Assembly: GCF_006345805.1 (NCBI RefSeq)
Contig: NC_043005.1
Location: forward strand, 19,406,001-19,470,000
Direction: 5' to 3'
Length of the DNA: 64,000 nucleotides
Source: Octopus sinensis
Taxonomy: Eukaryota
The position numbers and the translations under genes are program-made. Positions 27,718 through 42,627 of this stretch are shown in pieces. Numbering within the stretch: position 1 is the first letter of the stretch; each line of letters starts with the position of its first letter. The notes under the pieces were generated by a model that was given only the letters and a program-made list of their open reading frames with translations, made no database searches and was not told the origin of the DNA.

Positions 27718-28159
27718 TATATCTATACCTTTTTCCTTATAAATGTCCTGAAAACTCTTCGCAGCCTTGGCTTTTTATCTCATTTTATTTAATATATATA
27801 TATATGAAGGGGTATGGCTCAGTGGCTACAGCGTAGAGCTTACGATCGTGAGGTTGTGAGTTCGATTCTCGGACCGAGCTGTGTGTTGTGTTCTTGAGCA
27901 AGGCACTTTATTTCACGTTGCTCCAGTTCACTCAGCTGTAGAAATGAGTTGCGGCATCACTGGTGCCAAGCTTTATCACCCTTTCCCTTGGATAATATCA
28001 GTGGTGTGGAGAGGGGGGGGCTGGTATGCATGGGCGACTTCTAGCCTTCCACAAACAATCTTGCCCTACTTTGAGCCTCGGAGGGTATCTATCTAGGTGC
28101 AATCCCATGGTCATTCATGACCGAAGGAGATCTCCTCCTCCTCCTATATATATATATAT

Positions 28160-28559
28160 ATGCTGTACTTGAGGACACTCGTCAAGCCAAGTGAAACAGT
28201 AGTCATGGTTGATGCTTGTGTCACGTAACAGGCACCCGTGCTGGTGGCACGTAAAAGGCAACTTTTGAGCGTCGGGCCTCACGGAGGCAATTACCCAGAC
28301 CTTTGGCATTACGTCGCGTGAGAGAAGAAGACCCATCAAGCCAAGTAAAATCGTAGTCGTGGCAAATAGTAGCCTCACGCACTCGTGCCGGTGGAACGCA
28401 AAAACACCCAATACACTCTCGGAGTGCTTGGCGTTAGGAACGGCATCCAGCCGCAGAAACCGTGCTAAATCAGACTTCCAGCTTGTCATCCCTGGTCAAA
28501 CACTGATGCTAGCATTGACAACGGAAGTTAAATGATGATGATAATGATTACGATGATGA

Positions 28560-28560
<1 letters not shown>
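28160..28560 (+). mobile_element. SINE 3' portion with an (ATG)n tail
   Basis: GGCGTTAGGAACGGCATCCAGCCG motif and an ATGATG tail like that of the RTE copies in this window. Confidence 0.5.
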
Positions 28561-28612
<52 letters not shown>

Positions 28613-28831
28613 AACTTATACGCATTAATAATCTTATTTATGCTTATGTACTCTATGATTGTTTCTAAATTTAGAAAGCAATCAAAAGCTAAACTCAGTA
28701 TAATACGAGTCTTCTTATTTTTCCTTTTCGGATACATAAGAATGCACAACATATTCTAAATATTAGTGTTTTTCAATGAAAATTTAAAAATTTATAATAC
28801 ACTATATATATATATATGGATAGATAGATAA

Positions 28832-28864
<33 letters not shown>

Positions 28865-28938
28865 GATATATAGATATATATAGGGAGAATTCACAAAAAA
28901 AAGACGAAGACAGGTGTAGTCAACAAACAGATGTATTA

Positions 28939-28976
<38 letters not shown>

Positions 28977-29122
28977 GGAAATAGAAAGATGAATAATCTT
29001 GTAGTGGATTAATCAACAGTTTAACCGATACCTTAGTAGCAAAAATCACAGCAGTAAACAGCACGGTTGGAGGTACAACCATCTGGCGTTGCAACCGTGC
29101 GTTGGTGCGGATAATTGAAATT

Positions 29123-29417
29123 AAAACATTATTGGTGAATTGAAGAAATGGAGCTGAACGCAGATTGAACAGAAATCGTTTTATTTCATTCTACACGTGT
29201 TTCGAAAGGCACAAATTACCAAAATCCGATTGAATAATGGGACCAAATTGTGTCTTTCTCTTCAGGAAGAAAAAAGGAAGAGAAAGACACAATATGGTCC
29301 CATTATTCAATCGGATTTTGGTAATTTGTGCCTTTCGAAACACGTGTAGAATGAAATAAAACGATTTCTGTTCAATCTGCGTTCAGCTCCATTTCTTCAA
29401 TTCACCAATAATGTTTT
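29123..29417. repeat. Near-perfect hairpin: 141-bp arms, 13-bp spacer
   Basis: 29123-29263 is the reverse complement of 29277-29417, with one mismatch seen. Confidence 0.95.
29189..29268 (-). ncRNA. Hammerhead ribozyme with a long stem II and a 3-bp stem I
   Basis: TTC-CTGAAGA-GAAAGACACAA..TTGTGCCTTTC-GAAA-CACGTG-TA|GAA; palindrome ACACGTGT. Confidence 0.7.
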
Positions 29418-29449
<32 letters not shown>

Positions 29450-29604
29450 CATTGGTATTTGTAAGATCTTATCATTAAAGTGGAAATGTTAACAGAAAAG
29501 TCATTTCTATTCATTTTTCTAACATGTGTGTATGTATGTATATATCTATGTATATTTATGTACACATGCAATATTCATATATACACACACTCACATACAT
29601 ACAT

Positions 29605-29663
<59 letters not shown>

Positions 29664-29760
29664 ATATACTCTTTATCTTTTATTAAACTTTTAATACATT
29701 TGATATTTATAAAAAAAAAATTAAATAAATAAATTTAAAAAATAAAAATAAAAATAAAAA

Positions 29761-29791
<31 letters not shown>

Positions 29792-30452
29792 AAATTAATT
29801 AATTAATTAAATAATATTTAAATATAAAAATATACATACATACATATATATATATATTTGTATATATATATAAAATTTATAAGCTTAAATTATTTAAATA
29901 ATTTTTTATTTTTAACTTTTATATTTTTAAATTAATTTTATGTATTGGCTTATGTTTTTCACTGTTTTATTTGCCTAATAGTGGTTTTATCTCTAATTTA
30001 ATATAATATATATATATATATATATATATAATAAATGCGCCCTTTTAAAGCTTAGCCAGGCTCATGGCCCGGTTTCCCGGTTTCTATTGCGTATGTGTTC
30101 GCCAGCTGGACGGGACGCCAGTCCATCTCAGCCTTACTCATTTTTGCCAGCTGAGCTGAGTGGAACAACGTGAAATGAAGTGTTTTGCTCCAGGACACAA
30201 CACATCGCCCGGTCCAGGAATCAAAGCCACAATCTTACGATCATGATGCTGTCACCCTAACCACTAAGCCACGCGCCTCCATATATATATATATGCATAT
30301 GTACATGCATACATACAAACATACACTAATATGTGTGTACCTTTGTGTGCAGCTGACAAAGTGACACTCGAAAATATAATGAATCTCTTTGAAGATAAAT
30401 TATAGTACGTTCAATACTTAATGTATGTGTATATATATATACCTATATATAC

Positions 30453-30514
<62 letters not shown>

Positions 30515-30518
<4 letters not shown>

Positions 30519-31190
30519 AAATATTAATTTATAAAAATAGGGTAAAGTAAAATAATTTACTTTACCACACACCGAGCTTTTTAGAAATAGCAGCCAAAAA
30601 TTTGGCTATTCCTTCAACTGCAAGAAAAAGTCTCCCAGACAATGCATACTCAGAAATAACTCACATAGGTATAAGGGAAAAACAACGAAAGATCACATCC
30701 ATATAAAATACCCGAGGACAGCCTGTTTCTGGATTCGTGGATTCGCTAGTACTGGTGGTCTGGCATGGTTTGTCCGATGTTACATATATCGGACGGGTAT
30801 ATTTGATTCGTAGTACTTTCAAATCTAAATCAGAAGAAATCTCTGAGCTGATGAAGGAAATGTTGGCGTTTAACCCACGAATCCAGAAACAGGCTGTCCT
30901 CGGGTATCTTATATGGATGTGATCTTTCGTTGTTTTTCCCTTATACCTATGTGAGTTATTTCTGAGTATGCATTGTCTGGGAGACTTTTTCTTGCACTTG
31001 AAGAAATAGCCAAATTTTTGGCTGCTATTTCTAAAAAGCTCGGTGTGTGGTAAAGTAAATTATTTTACTTTACCCTATTTTTATAAATTAATATTTCAAA
31101 TATACCGTAAATGGTCTTTTTACATACCGAACACTGCTCGGTCGAATTAATTAATAATTAATTAATTCTACCCTTTTTTATTGACTATAT
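30515..31190. mobile_element. pLTR-like insert with 226-bp inverted arms (30515-30740 / 30875-31100)
   Basis: The arms are reverse complements with a few mismatches; flanked by (TA)n. Confidence 0.85.
30843..30903 (+). ncRNA. Minimal type I hammerhead ribozyme
   Basis: CTGAG-CTGATGA-A GGA..TCC A-GAAA-CAG G CTG-TC|CTCGG; GUC site. Confidence 0.8.
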
Positions 31191-31408
31191 ATATATATAA
31201 CTATATATACATACATACATATATATATAACTATATATACATACATAGCTTTAGTCTTATGTTTATAGACTGCCATATTAGTATGGCGATAACTATTAAT
31301 ATCCAGTAACGCTGCCGTAATCTCCTTTAGAGAGACTTAGTAATTTTAATATTTCTATTATAATATATATATATATATTATATATATATATACCTATATA
31401 TATACATG

Positions 31409-31466
<58 letters not shown>

Positions 31467-31484
31467 ATTCCATTTACTATATGT

Positions 31485-31515
<31 letters not shown>

Positions 31516-31951
31516 GCATTCCTTGTACCAGTCGTGTTCAACTTACCTCTGGCTATTTGTTTTCTCTCTCTTTCTCTCTCTCTCTCACTATCTATCTATC
31601 TATCTCTATCTCTCTCTCACCTTCTCTCTCTCTTCCTCTCTACTTCTGCTTATACTTCCCTCTCAATCTGAAATGTGTCCACTTCAGTAGTTACGCAACT
31701 GTCTTAGTGTTTCCATGGCAACGGAAAACGATGCTGAAATGTTTGTTTTTCTTTCATTTAATTATTTATTTATTCAATTATTTATTTACTTATTTATTAA
31801 AGATTTTCTTTAATTCTTGTTGTTTTGTTTTAGGCTCTCTTATATATATATATTTTTTTTTTTTCTTTTTCACCGAAGACATTACAATGCAAATATATTA
31901 AAAAATTCCCAATTGATATTATGACACTATTCTTCTTAATGGCTTTGAAGC

Positions 31952-32036
<85 letters not shown>

Positions 32037-32041
32037 TGGTG

Positions 32042-32095
<54 letters not shown>
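31952..32095. repeat. (TAG)n/(TGG)n microsatellite
   Basis: Seen directly. Confidence 0.95.
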
Positions 32096-33769
32096 CCAAC
32101 ATCATCACCAGCAGCAGCAGCAGCTGCTCCACTCCAGCCTCTGATCAAGGTCTTTCAACGAAATTATTGAGACGTGTTCAGCCTGTTTCTGAAATGTCTT
32201 CTCTATTTATATAGTGTAATCTCTTTCCTCTTCTCCTCTTTTGTCTCTTCTTATACTCGTTTCAGTCATTTGACTCCGGCCACGGTGGAGCACTGTCCTA
32301 GAGGGTTTTAGTCGAAGAAATCGACCCCCCACACCACAGGACTTAGTCTTTGTAAGTCTAGTACTTAATCGGTATATTTTGCCGAACCGCTAGCTTGACA
32401 AGCGATGATGGGAGGACAAACAGACAAAAAGACACATACGTACAAATATATACATACACATACATACATATACACATACGTATGTATACAAATTGCCAAA
32501 TTTAGCCCAAACAGCCTGTGTATACATACATACATACATACATACATACACACACACGCACACGTACGTACGTACGTATGTATGTTTGTGTATATGTATG
32601 TATATATGCACACATTTATTTATTTGTTCGCAAGTGATAAAACCTAATCTCTCACTCTGTCTCTCTCTCTCTCCTCTCTCTCTCTCTTTCATGCCCTTTC
32701 TCTCCCAACCACCTCTCTCTCACACCCACACACATTCTCCTCTCTCTGCATCTCTACCTTCTCCCCCCTCTCTCTCTCTCGTTTTCCTCCTGTCCCTACT
32801 CTCAGATGAAGGACAAGGATCAAAAACTTTTACATCGATCTCAGATTCTTTACTTCTCGTGACAATAAAACTTATTGAACTCTTTTATAAACCTTTCTAT
32901 GAACTTTTTGCCGTCATGGTCAATTAGCAGCCTTCATTTTCCTTCGGTTTTGCTTGATGTAATTACTATTTTGTTGGTGTATGGTGCGAGTTGTTTCCCC
33001 AACGATGATGCGCGACGCACAGGTTCAGCTTCCAAGTTATATCGCGTAACTGAGGACCAAGCTGCACAATCTGACATGCTGTGGTGAATCGCTTGGGGAA
33101 TGTGACAGTCCCGATATTCTTTTTATTATTATTATTATTATTATTATTACTTGTTTCAGTCATTTTGACTGCGGCCATGCTAGAGCACCACCTTTAATCG
33201 AGCGACTCGACCCCGGGACTTATTCTTTGTAAGCCCAGTACTTATTCTATCGGTCTCTTTTGCCGAACCGCTGAGTGACGGGGACATAAACACACCAGCA
33301 TCGGTTGTCAAGCAATGCTAGGGGGACAAACACAGACACACAAACATACACGCACACACATATATATATATACATATATACGACGGGCTTCTTTCAGTTT
33401 CCGTCTACCAAATCCACTCACAAGGCATTGGTCGGCCCGAGGCTATAGTAGAAGACACTTGCCCAAGGTGCCACGCAGTGGGACTGAACCCGGAACCATG
33501 TGGTTGGTAAACAAGCTACTTACCACACAACCACTCCTGCGCCTATGTTTAATTTCATCCACTATTCCACTGTCTCCACTATCTAATCTGTTTCTGCACA
33601 CCCACAGATACAGGTGTTGCTGGCCACGGCAGAGGAAACCAAGATGTAGTACGATAGTTGAAGTTCCTTTGCACTTGAGAAAGTACGTCGCAGCATAGTA
33701 TTTAAAAGGAATAAGATCATTAATGCCAAAGCTATGTATGCATATGTTCATTTTGTTTTCTTTTTTCTG

Positions 33770-34560
33770 GCTGAGTAGGGAAGATAGTGGTTTTGAGGCG
33801 ATGTAATAGCGTTGTAGTTAGTGCGTATTAGTGTCAAGAGATGGCAGAGACATCGGGGATTGGAGCTTGTCGTGGCAATAAAGTATTCCCCTCGTATATC
33901 TGCGTAGTCTTTCATTTTCAGTATTTTTGTTACGTTGTAAAGGTATTACATGAATGTGGGTTGTGTGCAGATTGTTGTGGTGCGTAGTACAGAATTTTGT
34001 GCTCTCTGTAGTTTTCTGTGTTTAGGTAGGTGAAGATTGGAAAATCAGGTGGGATGAGTATTGACTAGTGTAGTCTGTGATGGATCTAACGTATTGTTTC
34101 TATAGAATAATTGTTTCTTTTTGTTGGCCAGATTGTGGTGTCTGTGATTGCTCTATGTATTTCTGTGCGTCGCTTTCCTTTCTCTACGGAGTGTGTTGTG
34201 AATGTGATTTAGCTGGATATAACAAGTGCAAACTCTGGAAGTATCGTTCTTGTACACTCCATATGCTTGGCGGCCATACAGATAGTTTGTTTAATGGCAT
34301 TTTTTGCTGTTTCTTTAGTCTTTGTTGTATTTTCTTCTGTATGAGAGGAGAGCAGGAATGGAGTGGAAAGATTTGCTGATATTGTTAGTAACTGAAAAGG
34401 TAAGCGAGAGAAATTTTGCTGTTCGATCTATTATAGTATTTTCAGTGATATATTTGTGAGTGGTTGATTGTATTGATCTAAAACCGAGATGTGATTTGCA
34501 GAGGGAAATGTGTGGAATAGTTCATGCCGAAGTTCAGCATATCTAAAATCTTTCCCGTTC
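33770..34560 (-). mobile_element. Highly decayed I/Jockey-group LINE ORF2 C-terminal part
   Basis: Hand translation across frameshifts gives KETII..KQYVRSITDY and KLQRAQNSVLRTTT..TKILKMKD. Confidence 0.5.
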
Positions 34561-35428
34561 TACATTCAAGGGGTGGGGTCTATGCGTCATTTTTATTTCT
34601 GTTGAATCTTGGAACTTCTATAACTTTATCCAGTTTCTAGATTCTAAGAATTCTAGATTCTAAGAATTCTAGATTCTAGTGATGGTACGAGTAGTTAGTG
34701 ATTGCAGTGCTACCTCCAAGCCCAAAGTGCTTTAGGTTTTTACCTGGCCCTAAGGCTTTTGAATTTTAGATTTCCTCAGCGTTTTAGGCGGCGGATGGCC
34801 ATATTGAGTTGAATTCGTGGTGTATTTTTTAAAGCTTATATTTTCTGTTATATATTCCTTTCTTCTTTTATGCTTTTCGATGGCAGAATTTCAAGAAAAA
34901 TCAGGAGCGTTTGGTTTGCTTTGCATTGTGGGTATATTATTTAAGATTATTATAATGGCATGAGATGTGGTGTGATCAAAGTTAATGTTGCTTTTGATGC
35001 TGCTACTGATGCTGCTGTTACTGATGATTCATTTGTGTGTGTGTGGGGGGGTGTATTTGTGTGTGTGTGTGGCGTTTTATTGTTAGATATGCAGTTTATG
35101 CTGGATGCAAGTTTACATGTTTTTCTGTTTTATGACTATTTTATTACTCTTTACCCTTTTACTTGTTTCAGTCATTTGACTGCGGCCATGCTGGAGCACC
35201 GCCTTTAGTCGAGCAAATCGACCCCAGGACACATTCTTGGGAAGCCTAGTACTTATTCTATCGGTCTCTTTTGCCGAACTGCTAAGTTACGGGGACGTAA
35301 ACACCCCAACATCGGTTGTCAAGCGATGTTGGGAGGACAAACACAGACACACAAACACATGACCTCGTGAGTACCACCAGCGATTTTTTTCCTCTGTCTT
35401 CCCTTTTCGAGATCTTTCCTTCTCCTAT

Positions 35429-35463
35429 GTTTCCGACGAAGAGCTCCGCTCGAAACGTTAAAC
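35429..35463 (+). ncRNA. Minimal hammerhead-like motif with a variant core (CCGACGA) in a pLTR remnant inserted into a SINE
   Basis: GTTT-CCGACGA-A GAGC TCC GCTC-GAAA-CGT T|AAAC; ACGT palindrome. Confidence 0.55.
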
Positions 35464-35562
35464 CCTCCTTCTTCCCTTCTTTCCTGGGCGTCCAATAATA
35501 CTTTATTTGTTCCACGTCCTCGCGTTGCTGTGTTTTTTTTGTGTTTTCTTGTTTGGATTAAC

Positions 35563-35679
<117 letters not shown>

Positions 35680-35849
35680 CACGACAGGCTTCTTTTAGTT
35701 TCCGTCTACCAAATCCACTCACAAGGCTTTGGTCAGCCCGAGGCTATAGTAGAAGACACTTGCCCAAGGTGCCTATTGTAGTTGTTATATCTTAAAATTG
35801 TAGTTTATTTCGGTTGTACATGATTATGGCTCATTGCTTTAAGTCGTCT

Positions 35850-36340
35850 CTGGTCTTTATTAATTTCGTTATTTCTAGTCTACAACTAAGGTATATTTTA
35901 TATTGTTCTGTGGGATATGTATTAAGATAGGTGTATAACTATTTTGTTGAATTGCAGTGTCTTTCATAGTAATTGAACTTCTGACGAATTCCGGACGAAT
36001 TCCGAAAGTTTTTATGGCTTCATTGTGCGATCTTGAAGACTATAAAACTGTTTCGCTTTCTTCGTTCGTGTGTATGGTGTGGAGATACTTAGTAGGTGGT
36101 CAAAGGGAAATTAGAGAATTGCTTACTAAGTGGATGCGAAAGCTAGGTTTATGGAGCAGAATGCAATGTCTGGAGAAGCGCAGTTGTAGCTGGCTTGCTG
36201 AGTAGGTGTATATTGATGCGAATTGTTTAGGATGCAAAGGGACTTTAGTTGCGATGCTATTATGTTGTATCTTTTGCTATTTGTACTATTTGAAAACCAG
36301 GAATTGACGTCACTCTTAATGACGGCGTGAGAATTCAAAA
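35850..36340 (-). mobile_element. Decayed LINE apurinic endonuclease fragment
   Basis: ORF 36126..36338: NSHAV..W..LCILNN..TP..ASPDIAFCS, followed by FDHL. Confidence 0.5.
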
Positions 36341-36821
36341 GTTGTAAGTGCTAAAATGTTGTAGCCAGACGAGACTGGTAGCGATATGCGTGTATGTATG
36401 CATGTATGCGTGCGCGTGTGCATGAATTTTTATATGAATATACTTCATTGTGTTCATATTTTTAATTATTCTGAAAGCCTATGTTTCTGTCGCTTATTAT
36501 TATTATTATTATTATTATTATTCTATGTTTGACTTTTGCTTTATATTTGTACAAGTTGGCTCCAAGTCTCACCCAGAGACCTCAAGAGACAACAGGTTGG
36601 AAGTTCATGTTGTTGTTATGCCTAGTGTGCCATATATTTGGGGGGTGGGGATGTTGTACTAATGAATGTCTAAAAAAAAAAGGTTTTTTTTTTTTTTTTT
36701 AAACCGAAATTATGTTTGTTTTAAACCTTGAGATTACATAGAGAGTATTTGCGTAGGATTGAGCAGTTCCCATGAGCACTATCTTATTATTATTATATTA
36801 TTATTATTATTATTATTATTA

Positions 36822-36855
<34 letters not shown>

Positions 36856-36951
36856 ATTATTATTATAATTATTATTATTATTATTATTATTATTATTTTA
36901 TTATTATTATAATTATTATTACTATTATTATTATTATTATTATTATTATTA

Positions 36952-36985
<34 letters not shown>

Positions 36986-37129
36986 CTTACAATTACCTAT
37001 AATAGCATAGAATAATGGTTTCGTTTTTTTTTTTTCATAATTAATATCTAAACTGTTAAGATATGAGTGCAAAAGAGACAGTTGAATAACTGTAAACCTA
37101 CTTTTGGGCCATATATATATACACGCGCG

Positions 37130-37170
<41 letters not shown>

Positions 37171-37710
37171 ACACACACACACACCACACACACATATATA
37201 GCTGTTAAGAGAATCGAAGGCGGGGCTTGCATTCATATAGAAAGGTGAACATTCGACTACTTTAAGAAAACTATCCACTTCTATAAACAGTTACCTAGCA
37301 TTCACATGAGTTCTGAGGAAAACGTTCAGATTTCTAAATCCTCTTTTACCTGATGTGTGTGTGTGTGTGTGTGTGTGTGTATGCATGCCTGTATGTATAT
37401 GTATATGTATAAATATATATACGTATATACGGGGCAAATAATTCACAAGAAAAAAATAATTCACGAAAAATTAATTTTATGTTATTATCTAGTGTAAGAA
37501 TTTAAAAATGATAATAACAGAATCAATAATATAGGCGAGTGAAGCCCCTCCCCCAAATAGCATTAACTAGCTGAAGGATTAAAATTAATCAAAGAACATA
37601 CTAAGTATGTCTACCTGCTGGAAATAACAGTCAAAACTCTTATTCAAATTGCCAGAATACACTGATGATAAATACAGAAATCAACCGTCCGAAGGTAAAA
37701 ATAATATAGT

Positions 37711-37780
<70 letters not shown>

Positions 37781-37799
37781 TACATAAATATAAATATTC

Positions 37800-37832
<33 letters not shown>

Positions 37833-38142
37833 ACATATATACTGAAGGCGATGCTCCAGCATGGCCAGTCAAATGACTGAAACAGATAGAAGATAAATGA
37901 TATACACATATGTATATGTATGTATATATATTCACATGTGTGTGTGTGTTTGTGTGTGTGTTGTGTGTGTGTGTGTGTGTGTGTGTGTGAGTGTTTCCGA
38001 TTGCTTTACAGGTCCAAGGTATTTGGAAGCCATTTAAAAGCTGTGTGGAATAACAGCTCCGTTACTTGAAAAACTCGTAAGGGTTTGGCTGTAAAACAGT
38101 AACTCGATACCATGTTTATCTAACTCGCCCTTATTTATATTC

Positions 38143-38216
<74 letters not shown>

Positions 38217-38240
38217 GGGATGTAATATATACATATGTAT

Positions 38241-38294
<54 letters not shown>

Positions 38295-38680
38295 CTTCTA
38301 CAAATATGCATACGTATATATTATCATGATCATTATTTCGTTTCTATAGCTTAATACTAGTTTCAGTCATAAGAATGCGGCCATTCTGGGTCACCGCGTT
38401 GAAGAACTTTAATCGAACGAATTGACCCCGGAACGTTTTAAAACCCGGAACTTATTCTCGTGGAATCTATGCTGAACTGCTACGCTACGGGAACGTAAAC
38501 ACACCAACATCAGTTGCCAAGCGGCGGTGGAGGGGGACAAGCATAGGCACAATACACAAAGTCACACACACGCACACACACACAAAATAAATGCCTGTTG
38601 GACACCTTGTGTCAATGTAATCACATTCACCGAAATTGTTGGCGTTGTGCCAAACTTATTATTGTTATATATGATTATTA

Positions 38681-38762
<82 letters not shown>

Positions 38763-38789
38763 CATTATTATTATTATTAATTATTATTA

Positions 38790-38822
<33 letters not shown>

Positions 38823-38838
38823 CATTATTATTATTATA

Positions 38839-38870
<32 letters not shown>

Positions 38871-38936
38871 TATTATTATTATTATCATCGTCATCATCAT
38901 CATCAACATCATCATCATCATTAACATCATCATCAA

Positions 38937-38987
<51 letters not shown>

Positions 38988-39252
38988 TATTATTATTATT
39001 ATTATCATTATTATTATTATGGCGGAGAACTGGCAGAATCGTTAGCACGCCAGGCGAAATGTTTAGCTGTATTTCGTCTGCTGCTACGTTGTGAGTTCAA
39101 ATTACGCCGAGATCGACTTTACATTTCATCCTTTCGGGGTCGATAAATTAAGTACCAGTTGAGTTCTGCGGTCGATATGATCGACAGTATCCCTCCCCAC
39201 ACAATCCAAGCCGATTGTACAAAGGATTATCATTATTATTATTATTATTTTA

Positions 39253-39314
<62 letters not shown>

Positions 39315-39333
39315 TTATTATTATTATTTTTAC

Positions 39334-39371
<38 letters not shown>

Positions 39372-39400
39372 TATTATTATTATTATTATATATTATTATT

Positions 39401-39942
39401 GAGTGAGAGAGCAGTGCATGTCATCAAATGATACTGGGGTAAAATATACGAAGCACAGTATACCCATCATGACTACCCATCTGATAAGGGTAAACCAGGC
39501 ACATGCATCACAACCATATGTGCGCGATATGGTGATCTCATACCAAGATAAACAGCGCATGACCTTGCAGATGGGGCCCAGTTCGAATTTTCTTCTGGTC
39601 GAGTAGCCCATCCGGCTCAAAAGGTCCTTGAATAAGGGTTGTTTAAGGATGTTGAACGAACCACCCATGTTTCCATATGTGAATTATTCAAACCCCAAAG
39701 AATCCCTGTCAGCACATGGCTATGATTCTCCTCCACTACTTCGTGATCAGTGATGTACATATCGTCAGCCTCTAAGGGACATGCTCAACTGGTTAAGGTC
39801 AAACAACTGATAAGCAAATCTGTGGTATTGAGCAGAATATTTGCTGTAGCCCATCTTTTATACAAAGACAAAATGCTAACGCTTCCAATAAGTTAAGATC
39901 AGAAGCCATGAAAGCCACTGCCTGGTACTGCATCAAGGCATT
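39401..39942. mobile_element. About 540-bp non-coding interspersed repeat bounded by (ATT)n; partial second copy at 41351-41560
   Basis: Both copies start GAGTGAG(A/G)GAGCAGTG immediately after an ATT/ATC tract; no recognisable ORF. Confidence 0.65.
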
Positions 39943-39960
39943 TATTATTATTATTTTTAC

Positions 39961-41340
<1,380 letters not shown>

Positions 41341-42364
41341 CACCATCATTGAGTGAGGGAGCAGTGTTTGCCATCAATGTGACACTGGGGTAAAATATAC
41401 GAAGCTCCGTATACTCATCATGACTACCTGTCTGATAAGGGTACACAAGGCACATGCATCACAACCGTTGTGCGCGACATGGGGATTTCATATCAAGATA
41501 AACAGCGTATGACCTTGCAGGTGGAACTGAAGTAAAATTTCTTCAGGTCGGGTAGCCTATTTGGCTCAAATAAATCCCCACGAACTGATCCCCATGAATC
41601 CAGAATTAGTTTTACTAGCAAACGTTTGTGTATTATTCCAGCAGTCTTCAGTATACAAAAGTGAAATAGATATATGTTTGGGGATACAATCACCAGTGGA
41701 TCACCGCACAGATCCAGGTCAATCTCGTCCCACACTGCTGTTCTCTAACCTTAGATGAATAATGAGATAGATCGATTCAACGGAAGCGTATTCGTTATTT
41801 TCATTAGTCTTTCAGCAAACTTACTATATCCGCCTCACCCATCGTCTCTACCTTCCCCTCTGAGTGGAATTTGAAGTAGTTGCTAAGGTGTCCGTGAAAG
41901 AATGTATTTATCACTAGTTTTTTTTATTGTTGTCTACTCTACGACCTTTTTCGCTATAACTACCAGTCAGAGAAAACACTGCATGTTCTTCTCGGCCAAA
42001 TAATAATTCCCAGAGGAGAACGAATTTAATAATAACACAAGGGTAGACATACAGCTTTATGAAAACAAACCTAAATCTAGTATCTCCAAATCAAATTTTG
42101 AAATTAATAAAAATGTAAAAAAAAAATGATATTTTAAGGATTTCAGTAAGTATAAAGTGGTGCTTTGTGTCTTGTGATTATTGCGTGCAAGATGCGACTA
42201 TATCGCTAAAATAATATATACTGCGTGCGACAATAACGGAAGATGAGAAATGGAACAAACAAAATAAAATGAAATGAACTTAAATATAAGCAACGCTGCG
42301 TAAAAATAGATAAAATACATTTATAAATAAATCAAAAAACATAAAAATAATAATGATGGTAGTA

Positions 42365-42411
<47 letters not shown>

Positions 42412-42565
42412 TTATTTCTTTATTACCCACAGGGGGCTAAACACAGAGGGGACAAACAAGGACAGACAAACGGATTAAGTCGATTATATCGACCCCAGTG
42501 CGTAACTGGTACTTAATTTATCGACCCCGAAAGGATGAAAGGCATTAATAATAATAATAATAATG

Positions 42566-42627
<62 letters not shown>

